Shown here piece after piece: positions 39,445-50,903 of a stretch of DNA of 64,000 nt. Every line of letters begins with the position of its first letter. Position 1 is the stretch's first letter. The translations under genes were made by a program, and so were the position numbers. The notes under the pieces are model-generated. The model was given only the letters and a program-made list of their open reading frames with translations, did no database searches and was not told the origin of the DNA. The stretch is from Phoronis australis (lineage: Eukaryota; Animalia; Phoronida). The stretch is from positions 199,139 to 263,138 of the forward strand of contig NMRA01000201.1 of NCBI GenBank assembly GCA_002633005.1, given 5' to 3'.

Positions 39445-40344
39445 AAACGTCAAACATAGAATTGGGAACACAAAACAAATGGAGTAGGTTATTTCTGATG
39501 GATCTTCTTCTCTACGTGTGTCGTCATAGTCGAGACGCTTAGCACATTTAACTCCCTCAAAATATCTAGTCTAGTCAATTGTCGGTGAACCATAACACTG
39601 AGAGAGTGGAAAGTCACTTGTCACACATTGTTGATCTATCGGTTTTTATTTCCCCTATTCAGCGTAACGAATCTAGCTTATCTCAATTTCTAAGGACCAC
39701 GCCTTTAACATCTATAAACCTCGTTTGTATGATTTCTAATAAACTGTTCGTGGCGGACACAATTTCGGAAGGAAAATGTCCCTAAAAATGGTCTATAAAG
39801 CTCCTACTCGTCCATTAAAATTGACCTGTCAGTTGGATAAACTACTTGTCTTTCTGTTAGTAGACCACTTCTTTTGTTCTTCTTGTGTTTTTGATAGGTT
39901 TCGCTGCTCATAGGCATAGTACATAAAAATGTCATTTTTGGTCGCGTCCGCCCTGCGTCTGGATTACTAAGTTCAATTCTCCCCTGTACTGTTGATACCA
40001 TTTATCATTATACCAAAAGGTATGACATTCAATTATTTTTTTTTTGTTTTTTTACCTGTCATCAGAGGTGCACTAGATGGATATTTTTATCTTTCAAATA
40101 ATGTCTCTTATGAAATCGTATCTATATCAGAGTTTGTCTGTTCATTGACATATGCCAATTTGTATACTATTAAATTTGCAAGTTTTAATTATATAGCCAA
40201 CATTTTCTGCCGGGAAATTATTAAAACAGGCCCCTATAGTGTCACGGTCACGGCCTGATTGCTTTTGCTGAAGGTTTATTCGGTCTTTATGCTGCACTTG
40301 ATTGACTTCAGTCGCTACGCCGAGAGAGAAAGAGAGAGGGAGGC

Positions 40345-40578
40345 CAGAGGCGGATCTACAGGGGGGCTCAGGGGGTTTAAACCCCCCTCGGGACAGGATC
40401 AGAAATATAAACTGGAAAAAAATCGCCAGAAAAACGAAATTAGCTACTAAAAATCCAAAAAAATCTTACACGGGTGGAGAGAAACCCTCTCGCGACCTTC
40501 CTTCTCCTCAGCGCTACGCGCCTCGGATTCTCTCGAATCCTAACCCCCCCCCTTACTGAAATCGTAGATCTGCCACTG
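40345..40578. mobile_element. 234-bp MITE derivative of the 22467/44814 hAT family, in inverted orientation
   Basis: Ends CAGAGGCGGATCTA / TAGATCTGCCACTG. The left part is the reverse complement of the large copies' right end (gggtttaaaccccctga). Flanks ggaggc/ggaggg give a 6-bp TSD with 1 mismatch. Confidence 0.8.
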
Positions 40579-40819
40579 GGAGGGAAAGGGAGGGACAGAG
40601 AAGGAGAGAGGAGGAGAGGGAGAGAGCGAATGAGGGACAGACGGAGGGCGGAAGAGAGGGAGGAAAACTTGACATTAAATATAATATGCTTAACAAGTTG
40701 AAAATTAAATAAGGAGACCTTTTAAAGGTTTCCGATCGCTGTCAAGAAAGACCCCTTTACATAGAAAAACACGTGAACAAAAGAATGAGTCAATAATAAT
40801 TTAAAGGAACAAAAGGAAA

Positions 40820-41889
40820 AAATAATGTGAGGGCACCATGAAAGGTTTTTGTCAACCGTAATACCAAGGAAAGGGAAATCGTCCACTTGACTGATTGCTG
40901 TACTATTTATAGATATAGTGGAAATAATGCATTAGTCAACTACTTTCTTTTGGGTGCTGTGGAAGATCATTGGCTGACCACTGACCACATGTAGCTAGCC
41001 TAAGTGGCTGACCTTAGATAAATTTCCCACAGTACTTTTGTTAATACATGTAGACCGAGTCTCGTTAGAAATCCACATCCATGTGCACACGAATGATTTG
41101 ATTGGCATCAAATTACAGACCCACAGTTCACAAATCCAAACTACATTTATCTGGATGTTTACATAACTGCTTCAACGAATTTTTATCACCCTTCATTTTC
41201 TGACCATACCAGTTTGGCAATAGGCTACCTTCGTTGTCAAGATCAAATGTTTCAAATTACTTTTTAAGTATTTTTATACTGTTAAATTAGTAGACCCATA
41301 AATTATGTATTTTTAAATCTTTTCATAAAATCCTATTACGTGCATTTTTTCTAAAAATCGTGATTTTTTATGGAAATCGACATATTTTCCATAAAATAAT
41401 GTTTCTTTTCTCTATTAACTACAATTGTAAGGGATTATCTCTTTTAAGGTCTTTTAGTGAGAGAACTCGGCTGTCAAAAGCAAGACTTCATTTTTGAGAA
41501 ATGTTGAAAATGTGTTCATTTTAGACAGCGGAGCTCTTGGGCTAAAAGGCCATAAAAGAAAATCCTAGACACTATAGTAGTTACCCGAAGAAACAAACGA
41601 AAATCTGAGCAATATTTTTGTGGGCATAATAAGGTTCCTTGATCATCAAGAATTTTAGAAATACATAGTTTCTGTCTATTTATATACTTAAAACGTTATT
41701 TAAACAGTTGTCGGAAGTTCGTATCGAAAGGTTTGTTCTTGAGTGCTTTATAAAGTCCATCGAGTGAATACTATTTGGGTGATAAGTATAGTGCTCACAA
41801 AAATTCAAATTCATTTTTTAGAAAAGAAACAGTCTAGCTTTGAACCTATTTTTCTAAGTATCTAGCATGATCAAATGTGCTTGTGTCTG

Positions 41890-41929
<40 letters not shown>

Positions 41930-43490
41930 TGACTTTGTGTCGGCGTTTGTAAATTTGACTTTATTCAATTAATACTTGGTTACTATCGTAGCCAATTCGC
42001 GTGTTTAGTGTGACATCATTTTAACGTTTTGGACAATTACAGTGCCAAAAATGATGTGGCGGACGGTCTGTCGCCCGTTAGCGCGAGTCACTATTCGTAT
42101 TCTAATGTTCAAGCTATTTGTTGGCTAGTCATTGATAGGCAAATGCCCATGCACGTTTCTCTGGAGACCTTGTAATTTGAGTCAGTCTTTTATCGGAGTT
42201 TGTGAAGTATGCCTATATCATTGATATACGTACAATGTATGATTAAACTGCATTAAAAACAACAATATTCACCTGGTCAAATTTAGAAGGCCTACCTCTG
42301 TAAATTACTAAGCACTCTAAAAATTATTACCTGATTATAGACCTTATCAATCTTAATCTTTGTAAACTCCGCGGGAGCATACAATGGGTACAACAGTTGT
42401 CTGACCAAACCGATTAATCCAAACCCAAAGTTTTGTAGGAATTTCAGATGCTAAACTGCACCGTGGTTACGCGAATCGGAAAAATCCAAGACCTAAAAAT
42501 TTTGCTGAAAATGTGATGTGGCAGTGGTTGTCTAACAATATTTGTGGTTTCAATTCGCGTCAGGATAGCGGCATATACGCCATCACTAAACTTTCGAATA
42601 AAGACGTGACACTGAGCGCGTGAGGAGTTTTGAGATTATTAATTTTATCCAGATCTTCATGCGGATTTTGTAAGAAACAACGGCAGCCACAGTGCCGAAC
42701 GAATGTTCTTGGGTATGCATGCACGATTTCGAAGTTGGGTTTTAGAGTTATAATTATTCAAAATAAATTGGATGTCTCATTACGGGCAGAATGTCTCATT
42801 ACGGGCAGCCTCTGAGAAAAGCCTGCAGATGAGCTAATTATATCCTCTAATTTATTTCATGTATTGGCTTGGCCAGCAAATCTCTTTTCTTCTTGTTTAC
42901 AACAGTTTACCTATCTGGTCTCATAGTTCATGTCCACACATAACCTGGACCTATATTCCATCAAAGCAGCTTATATCAGTCACGTCATGTCAGGATACAG
43001 CTTAAACATTAAATCAAGCCAGCGGTTCAGTAGCGCTAGGATCTCGCTAAAAATCAAAACTTCGCGAGATATTGCCGTGTATTTTAAATGAGAACACGTG
43101 ATTTTGGCTAGGTTTTAGCAAAGTTCTAGTGTAGGTCCTAACGTTACTGAACTCTAACCAGGACAAGCCCTTCAGTTCGAAATAAAAAATAACTAGCTTA
43201 GCTAATCCCTAATGAAGATTTCAACCAAAAAATCAATGCTGAATTCTGTATGGAAACATCTGAAGCACCCCGGGCTACTTTCGACAGTTCCTTTCAGTCA
43301 TCATGTCATTAAGATAACGATCTGTAGTCTCAGGCCTCACTGGTTCCAGAGGCCTTGAACTTCTCCTCTGACCGTCCGCACAAAATACTGGGACAACGGC
43401 GGAGGCTTTCTCACGAGCATGCCCAGTCATTTCACTGCATATGCTAACCCTCTCACAATGCCAAGTCTTTGCAAATACTTCCAAGACGAT
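40820..43490 (-). mobile_element. Fragmented CR1/L2-group LINE (ORF1 PHD-like, APE-like and RT-distal remnants), interrupted by other insertions
   Basis: ISINSTAISQVDDFPFLGITVDKNLSWCPHI at ~40824-40916 (KFLGV.ID..LSW..HI motif), VIYR-like segment at ~42300 and a degenerate PHD WHCERVSI...FCAD at ~43370-43470. All are on minus, in ORF1-EN-RT order. Confidence 0.5.
41888..41931. repeat. (GCGT)n microsatellite
   Basis: Directly visible. Confidence 0.95.
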
Positions 43491-44813
43491 CTTTTTGTTG
43501 ACTTATTTTTCCCGATCGTCACTTGAAGAAATAATTGCAATATTGGGCATTTTTTGTCATTTTAAAATCCAAAACTTACCACCTCAAATGACGCTTTGTG
43601 TGAATTTGTTTTGATTTCTCGTGGTGACTAATACGTGCTTTTTGTGGGCAATGTAATCTGGAATTAACACGTTTCGTAGTTCCAGGTAAAACCTTCAACT
43701 GGTTGGAGTGATGGTAAAATTGTGTTTTAAGAACCGAATTTGCATGTGCTAAATTATTACCCGGCCTCTTACGTAAAGTTTTTGTGCAGCGGAGCTGCAT
43801 GACTTCGGTGTCTACTATATGCGCGATCTATTTTTAGACACACGAGCGCTATAAGTTCGTAAAGTTACCAACTGAGACATTGAATTTCGGACGTTGTAGC
43901 CGTGTGAACGTTGCATTCCTGTTAGTTGTAATCGTAAATACGTATGTCTGGTTGAAATGAAGTGCAGAAAGGGTATCGTGTATCGTTATAACTAGCGAAC
44001 GTAACAAACCATATTCGTTGTTACCCGATTCGGCTATTTTTACTTATTTTACGAACACCAACTTTCAGCACGGATGTCAAAAACGAAGACATTGATGAAA
44101 GCATTTTCCTTTTATAATTCCTCGTCGATCGGGACAAAAAATCCCAGACAGTAAATTCCGGATCGAATACGAGCTAGAAGGAAACAGAACTTTAAATTTC
44201 TTGAGAGAAAATCACAATTTTCTATGAAAAAAAGGGTTCAATTGACCATAAACTTCCATTTCAGCTTACGTTTCCTTGATTGGACAATGAATAGACTGGA
44301 GCTGGTGTATACTCAAGTTTTGGCGCGTTACGCTATTTAAAGCGTATTTTATCTTTACAGGAAAACCAAATCATAGTTTTAACAAAGCACATGAATAGTC
44401 ATAAATCAAAATTTATATTATCTTGTTACCCTAGTTAGAATTTCCGAATTTTCTGGCCTCCGATAGTGCGCTCATCGATTTAAAATTTCACGAAAGGCGA
44501 CATACAAATACCGATTATAAACTGATCCGTAAATTTCAATTCTCAAGAAACACACACGTCTTCAGAAGTATTTACACGCGATGCAATTACTGATTCCACG
44601 ATAATGTATTCGGTTGTATAATGACATTCATTCTTTCAACAAGAACACCAGTGAAGAATACATTAAATCAAAAAATCGATTGATAACATTTCTCAAGACT
44701 TCACTCGTTACTTCGATTGCATCTTTTGCGCACATCTATTTATTTACATTGTACTAACTCAGTTTTCAACATGTATTTTTGCCTTGCTTTAGACATGATT
44801 TTATATGACATTG

Positions 44814-47454
44814 CAGTGGCGGATCTACCATTACAGTAAGGGGGGGGGNNNNNNNNNNNNNNNNNNNNNNGTTTCTGGCACTTAACATGTCCCTGGAGTT
44901 TTTCTTAAGATAATTAAAAACCCTTCTCGATTTCGTCACATGAACTTGGCTCATAAGTTTCGTGAAACCATATTTGTGCACATCTGGGTATGAGTCACAC
45001 CACCAGCAAAAAATTTTGTTGGAACATCTGCTTACACACACCTTTTTAGCATACGAAAAAGTGTGGTGTGTATACAGGGGTTTAGACAACTACCAAATAT
45101 TCAAGAGCATAAAGAGCACCGACGGGGCGTAAAAACTTGAACATCAGATGATCGCAACAGCCTCGAGCTGCTTAATAATGAAGACCTGTACTGTTGGCCC
45201 GGAAATAAACATGTGTTCTGTCTCGTTACGAGAAAAACTGGCGAACGATGGTGCTCTCAGGTCATAGTCTATTATTAAAAGCGACAATAAACAATTAAGT
45301 ATCACTTTATTAAGCTGAATCACGTTGTTAAGCTGAATCACGTTGACAACAATTGAAAAACGTCAAATGTATCAGGAAACAAATCATCTGAAAACAGTTT
45401 CACGAAACCAAAACACTCTGTAGGCCTACACCGTGGTGAAAAGATATACAGGAGCAGTTTGTAGAGGGACCAGATGTACACTGAGAGTACACAAAAACTC
45501 TGGTCTGGTCAGTCACGAGACCAAAAGTACACCTGTGCTTATTGTCCCTATAAAATAGTCGATCTGTCGCGGGACCAAACAGTACTGGCTGAGATAAATA
45601 GTTTTACAAAGCACACTTTGGTAAAAGACATCACAAGACTAGTTCGCCGAGGGACCAGAAGTACACTGAAACTCGATATCTACACAAATCAAGCTGGCCT
45701 GGTCCGTCGCGAGACCTATAGCGTACCTTGCAAAAAATTTTGAATTGAAAACTTCTCTCTAGACACTTTTTAATCCTCAGTGGTTGCTCATACGTGTAGT
45801 TTACATATCTGGTGGTCAACTGCTGCGAGAGGTTGTCTAGGAAGGGTTTTCGCACCGTTCTGTAGTACTCACTGGAAGAAACAAGTATTGAGTAGGACAG
45901 ATTTAACTATGTGAAATAAGATTTTTGATATGAAGCAGATAGACTCAAGTGGAAATACAAACCAGAATCAGTTTCTGTGCGCTCGTACACCCTCTGCTGT
46001 ACTGGGTAAATTTGGCGTGTCTAAAAATAATTTCTATTTCGTTTTCATTGTACACAAGCATAAAAAACCGACATTATTACAAACTGTGTATAATTATAAC
46101 TTATTACCTGGGTGTTTCTCCAGGAACGTTGGTCCTATCTTTCTGTTGTCTAGACTGCCGAGGAATCTGTACATCGGATCCAATGGTTTGCTGCTCTTGG
46201 AACCATTCTACCCAGACATCTTCGACGTTTGTTCCCAAAGCTTGCACTTCGTCAACTGCTGTGTCAATGAGCTTGTCCGCCTCTACAATGTCAACATCTC
46301 GTTTCGCAGCTCAGTTGGCACTAATCCCCTTGAGGTTACCAAGTCCATTCAAAAGACTTACAGCATGCGCAACTAAATCCGATCCGTTCATCATGGACTA
46401 CTTCAAACCTTGACGATGTATCCTATTGAGGACCCATTTGCATCTCTTGCAATTTTCGAAATAAACGTCCCAAAGTGTGAACGCTTGAAACCCGAAGTAC
46501 TAACATCAAATAAATGCCCATGGGCATGGGCGTTTCGTCGGGTGGGCCTTTCTGCGGAAATTCCCAGTATAGAAAAAAGCGGTGGTGCTTATTGCATGTA
46601 GAAAGACGGTAGGTGTTGAGGTCGGCACTGGGGCTCCTCAGGAGGCCCATTGAACATTGCACGAGTCCCGCAAGACTGTTGTGAAAATAAAGCCTCCCCG
46701 CAATTTCTGGTACTGTACATTGTTCGCGAATGCGGTCACTTTGTCAATGTGAGTGCCCCCTTGGTCATTCCTTGTATAGACATAACTTGTTTGAGTGCAT
46801 CTTCAAACAGACTCGCCAGACCAGGGCGCCCGCCACAATAGCAATTCTTCGGAAAACGAGTTTTTTTTTTCAAAAGTATTACATGTACACGTACACTGTA
46901 TGATATTGCGCAAGACAACTTTACTGTACACCAGTCAAATTCGAGTTACAAACGTGTGGGGTGTAATAGGATGACACGGCATGACAGATGAGGTAAAAAC
47001 GTTGCACGTCAATTCGCCTGAATATCAGGGTTGCGGCACCACAGTATTTCCCCTAATCAAATCAAAACATACCTTAGTGTAAAGAAACTAGTTACCTAAA
47101 GAAATCAGCTATAGAGCTGCTCTTTCAGCAGCGGTGGATCCATCTAAAATGCTTGGCTACTTCAGAAGTGTCGTCGGAAGTGCGCCCACAATTGATCTCC
47201 GGGGTTTTGCCGACTCGGATGAGCCACGAAGACTCGAAACGCGTTGATTTTCATAACAGCAATTCACAATGCAAAAAATATATTTTCAGAGTGAACCCCC
47301 CTCATTTTTTCCAAGTTGGTTTACTTGGGGTTTACATACGCTGGCGGTGCCGTTTTTGTTTTGCTGGAGACGTTTTTGTTTTTTTTTTAATTTTTGGGTC
47401 CTGGACCGAGGGGGGGGGTTTAAACCCCCTGAAGCCCCCGTAGATCCGCCACTG
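44814..47454 (-). mobile_element. Non-autonomous hAT DNA transposon, copy 2 (2.6 kb)
   Basis: Same 14-bp TIRs and a 5-bp TSD CATTG (44809-44813; 47455-47459), with an N-gap at 44849-44870. The minus strand encodes KRDVDIVEA...VEDVWVEWFQE...IPRQSRQQKDRTNVPGETPS|EYYRTVRKPFLDNLSQQLTTRY, typical of ZMYM1/PRKRIR-like hAT transposases. Confidence 0.9.
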
Positions 47455-47598
47455 CATTGACAGTTTGGCGCACAGTCGTACAAATCATCATAAGTCATAT
47501 TCTCTAGCCACTTTACCAATGCAAGAGTACATTTGAGTTCAAGTAGAGGGCCCAGGTGAACCCTGCTTTTGTACATAGGTATAAGCAATTCCGAAGTG

Positions 47599-47825
47599 CA
47601 GGAGCGGATTCAGGGTTTTGAGTTGGAGGGGGGGGGGCTTTTTCAGAGTAATAGTCAGGATTTTGCCGTCAGACATTCGCACCCTCGAACTGCCAAATGT
47701 AACCTGGGAGAATTTTAGGTGGAGAATACGATGCAGTGAGTTACAGTGGGTTAAAAAGGAGAACGGTGGTGTACTGCGTTTACGTGCGTCTATACGCCCC
47801 ACTACACTATCTAAATCCGTCGCTC
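47599..47825 (+). mobile_element. hAT-type MITE, relative of 28744-28900
   Basis: caggagcggattcagggttttgagtt...caggattttgccgtcagacattcgca...ctaaatccgtcgct. Confidence 0.6.
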
Positions 47826-48514
47826 AATAGTTTTTCATCCGATGTTAAGGAACTCGCTGACGTGTTAATTCAAAATATATCATTTTATGAACGAATGACA
47901 TGCTAAACACAATTGACAGACCTCCAATTAACCCCCTGCAAGTACAACGACAGCCTAGAGGGCTCCATTGATCTCAGACCGACTTACCTCAGGGGATACA
48001 GCCATGGAACCAGTTACGAATCAGTTTGTACTATGTTCACATAAATACCCATGTTAAACGTCTATCTTGTACCGGCCAAAGTTTTACCACATGTTTGACT
48101 TGCATTAGTGTAAAAAATAGTGCTTTCTTTGTCATGAAGAATGCTGAGATTAAATCATCTTATTTCATGAAACACAGCGCCAAGGCTAAGAGTCAAAAAA
48201 ATTGTGTACAACTCGAAGTCAAACGACTAAAATTCGTATTCTGCTCGACTGGACAGAATACAAAACGTTTCAAGAAACACAAAAGACCAATTTTGTTTTC
48301 TTTCTAACGCATGGCGAAATCTCGCGAAGATTTGCGCGATCTTGCGGTTTTGTGAGTTTCATGCGTCTATAAGAGGGCACTGTTCCACAATACAAATTGA
48401 AGCGCCCTCTGTGGAGCATGTGAAACAAGACTGGTAATGAGTGGCGTAGCAAAAGGTCTTCCCCAAAACAACCTGGTTTAGAAAATAAAAGATACACAAC
48501 AACTGTATAACAAT

Positions 48515-48520
48515 TTTATT
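48515..48520 (-). terminator. Probable MED19 polyadenylation signal
   Basis: AATAAA on the minus strand followed by GT/T-rich sequence, at the end of a ~1.9-kb tract starting at acceptor 50365. Confidence 0.5.
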
Positions 48521-50576
48521 TTCAATATGAAGAGAAAACAGAAAAATGCCATGCAATGCTGTGAATAATGAAATGAAAGTATACAATGACATAAGTTTGG
48601 GACAAAAATTATAACGATTTGGGTTCTTTGTTTGCCACCTGCATAACCAAACAATAGAATTTCTATATGGGGACAATCACAAAAATTCTCAAGTTAGGAC
48701 AAAAAATAAAACTGGCATTTTCCTATTTTAATCCTTACAATGTTACTATACAACAAATTCACAAAGCTTAAATAATCAAGCTAAGAGTACACAACCTTAT
48801 TCAAGCTTGGCCAATATTGTTCATACCTTTTAAGCCTACCTCATTCAATTCAAGGTTTCACACTGAACTTGCATAACCTTGCTCACGTTTTCATTTTAGT
48901 TCAATTGAGCCCAAAAGGTAAGTTGTCACTTGTTTCTTTCGATTACCAGTCGGACAGAAGCTTTGCTTAGTAACAGACTTCGCTGAAGATAGTAAACTGG
49001 AATTACGTTACTGGCCAGTAATCTTAATCAAGCTTGCTAAGGTAAGGTTTTCCAAGCTCAGAATTCAAAAGGTGACTGGTCCCACAAGCTTATTGATTTG
49101 AAGATTTTTCGACAAGCCCTACGCATCAGAAGTCGTTTTCAAGCTAACCGAGCAAAGGTTAGTAACTGAGCAAGGAAATTCAAGCTTGGATAAAATCGTC
49201 AAATACGGAGAGATACTAATTATTAAGCTTGAATAAGCTTACTCAAATTTAGCAAAGTACATGCTCAAAATTTTACCAAGTAATAGTTACAAATCATGCT
49301 GAATACCATGTAAAATTTTTTACTTATTTTTATCGTGATATTTGACAGAATGTAATTCCACATTTCTGCCATGTTGCGTCCCAACTAAAATCAATACATC
49401 CGCAACTACCAAACTTTGCTCAAGGCTCGGCTAAAAAAAAAAAACTGACCAATCGCATTGAGTGAAATTGAAAAAATACTAACAGCAAGGCATGCCATTT
49501 GCCAATTTTCAAGATATACATGCAATCCCAAGAATTTACTTTGCAAGCAATTCTCAGAGCCACAGACTGTTAAGTGCAGCCCTTTGTAACATACTAAACC
49601 TTCACATCAATACTTAAAGCATTGACAGTTACCTAAAATTATCATAACAGACATTAAGGAACCATAGATTAGTTGTGTTGAGAGCACACCATCAAGTAAC
49701 AACACAACACATGGCCAGGGAAATCTTAATGATTGAGATGTTAAATCAGCCATCGACAGAAATAAAGCCAGCCAATCAAACTTTCACTCGGTGACACAAT
49801 CGTCAATCCATAGCAGTGGATCATAGAGAAGTTCCCGTACCTGACCCATTTTTCAATACAGTCCCTGTTGCTGAACTTGGTGCTCATTGTACTCCACACA
49901 GACACGTCTCTTCGCATTAGCTGTTAACACTCCAATCCTCTGACATGACCTTGCAAGCAAACTCTCACTTAAGAAACAGAATCGATTGGCCTGTTTCACA
50001 TATACAAGACAGTGTTCAGCACTCGTCAACAGTAATCATACGAAGTACCATTTCCCCGTCATGAAGGAGGAATGACCAACGATAACCTGTCATGACTGGT
50101 CATTCTAGCTACTCTGATGGTGAATTTTCAAAGAACCAGTTAGAAAACTGCAATTTTTGCAATCCGTATTTTACCAGTATTTTCTTAATTACTATGGACG
50201 TGTACTGGTACTTGAGTAACTGCCACTCCAATAAGCCAGGTCTTGTCATCACTGCGTTGTCCCATAGAGATATCATTTCCAACTGCCCAGTCTGTCTTGA
50301 AGGGAAATTTCCATACAATTGCACAGGTTCAAGTGTCACTCACAAGTGGTCTTGCAGCACCCGACCTGAAAAAACAAGTTTAGTTCTTAAGCTAACCTCT
50401 AATTGTCACCCACACGAACTCCGGAGAAATCAATTGTGAAAAAATTCTCATGAAGGAAAGCCCATTGAAAGATTACCAGGCAGTGTGGCTCTGTTTTGCT
50501 CTATAGCTTACCCTAATCTCTTGACAATTAGATATGATCAAAGCATTTGTTTTATTCAATGGATTAACCATTCAGG

Positions 50577-50738
50577 TGTAAGCACCAACCAGTGACAACC
50601 TCAGCCAGCTGTAAGCACCAACCAGTGACAACCTCAGCCAGCTGTAAGCACCAACCAGTGACTACCTCAGCCAGCTGTAAGCACCAACCAGTGACTACCT
50701 CAGCCAGCTGTAAGCACCAACCAGTGACTACCTCAGCC
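50577..50738. repeat. 33-bp minisatellite x~4.9 in the last MED19 intron
   Basis: Near-perfect copies of tgtaagcaccaaccagtgac(a/t)acctcagccagc. Confidence 0.95.
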
Positions 50739-50903
50739 CTTCCACCCACAGTTGAAAACGAGACAGTGTAAGCAACTGTGTAACTAAGTGCTATAGTTGT
50801 AACAACCATGAAATAGTGACATTTTTTAACAAGAAACATTATCTGTAGACTGGAATACTAACCTGGACTGCCCATTGCACTTCACATCTTCCTGGTGAAT
50901 CTT

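Noticed and set aside
45930-46413. 148- and 154-aa plus-strand ORFs (and 23578-23805)
   Set aside because: They are antisense shadows of the decayed minus-strand hAT transposase.
50564-50839. ORF with repeated AEVVTGWCLQL; CRISPR-like look
   Set aside because: It is a head-to-tail 33-bp minisatellite without spacers, inside a MED19 intron.
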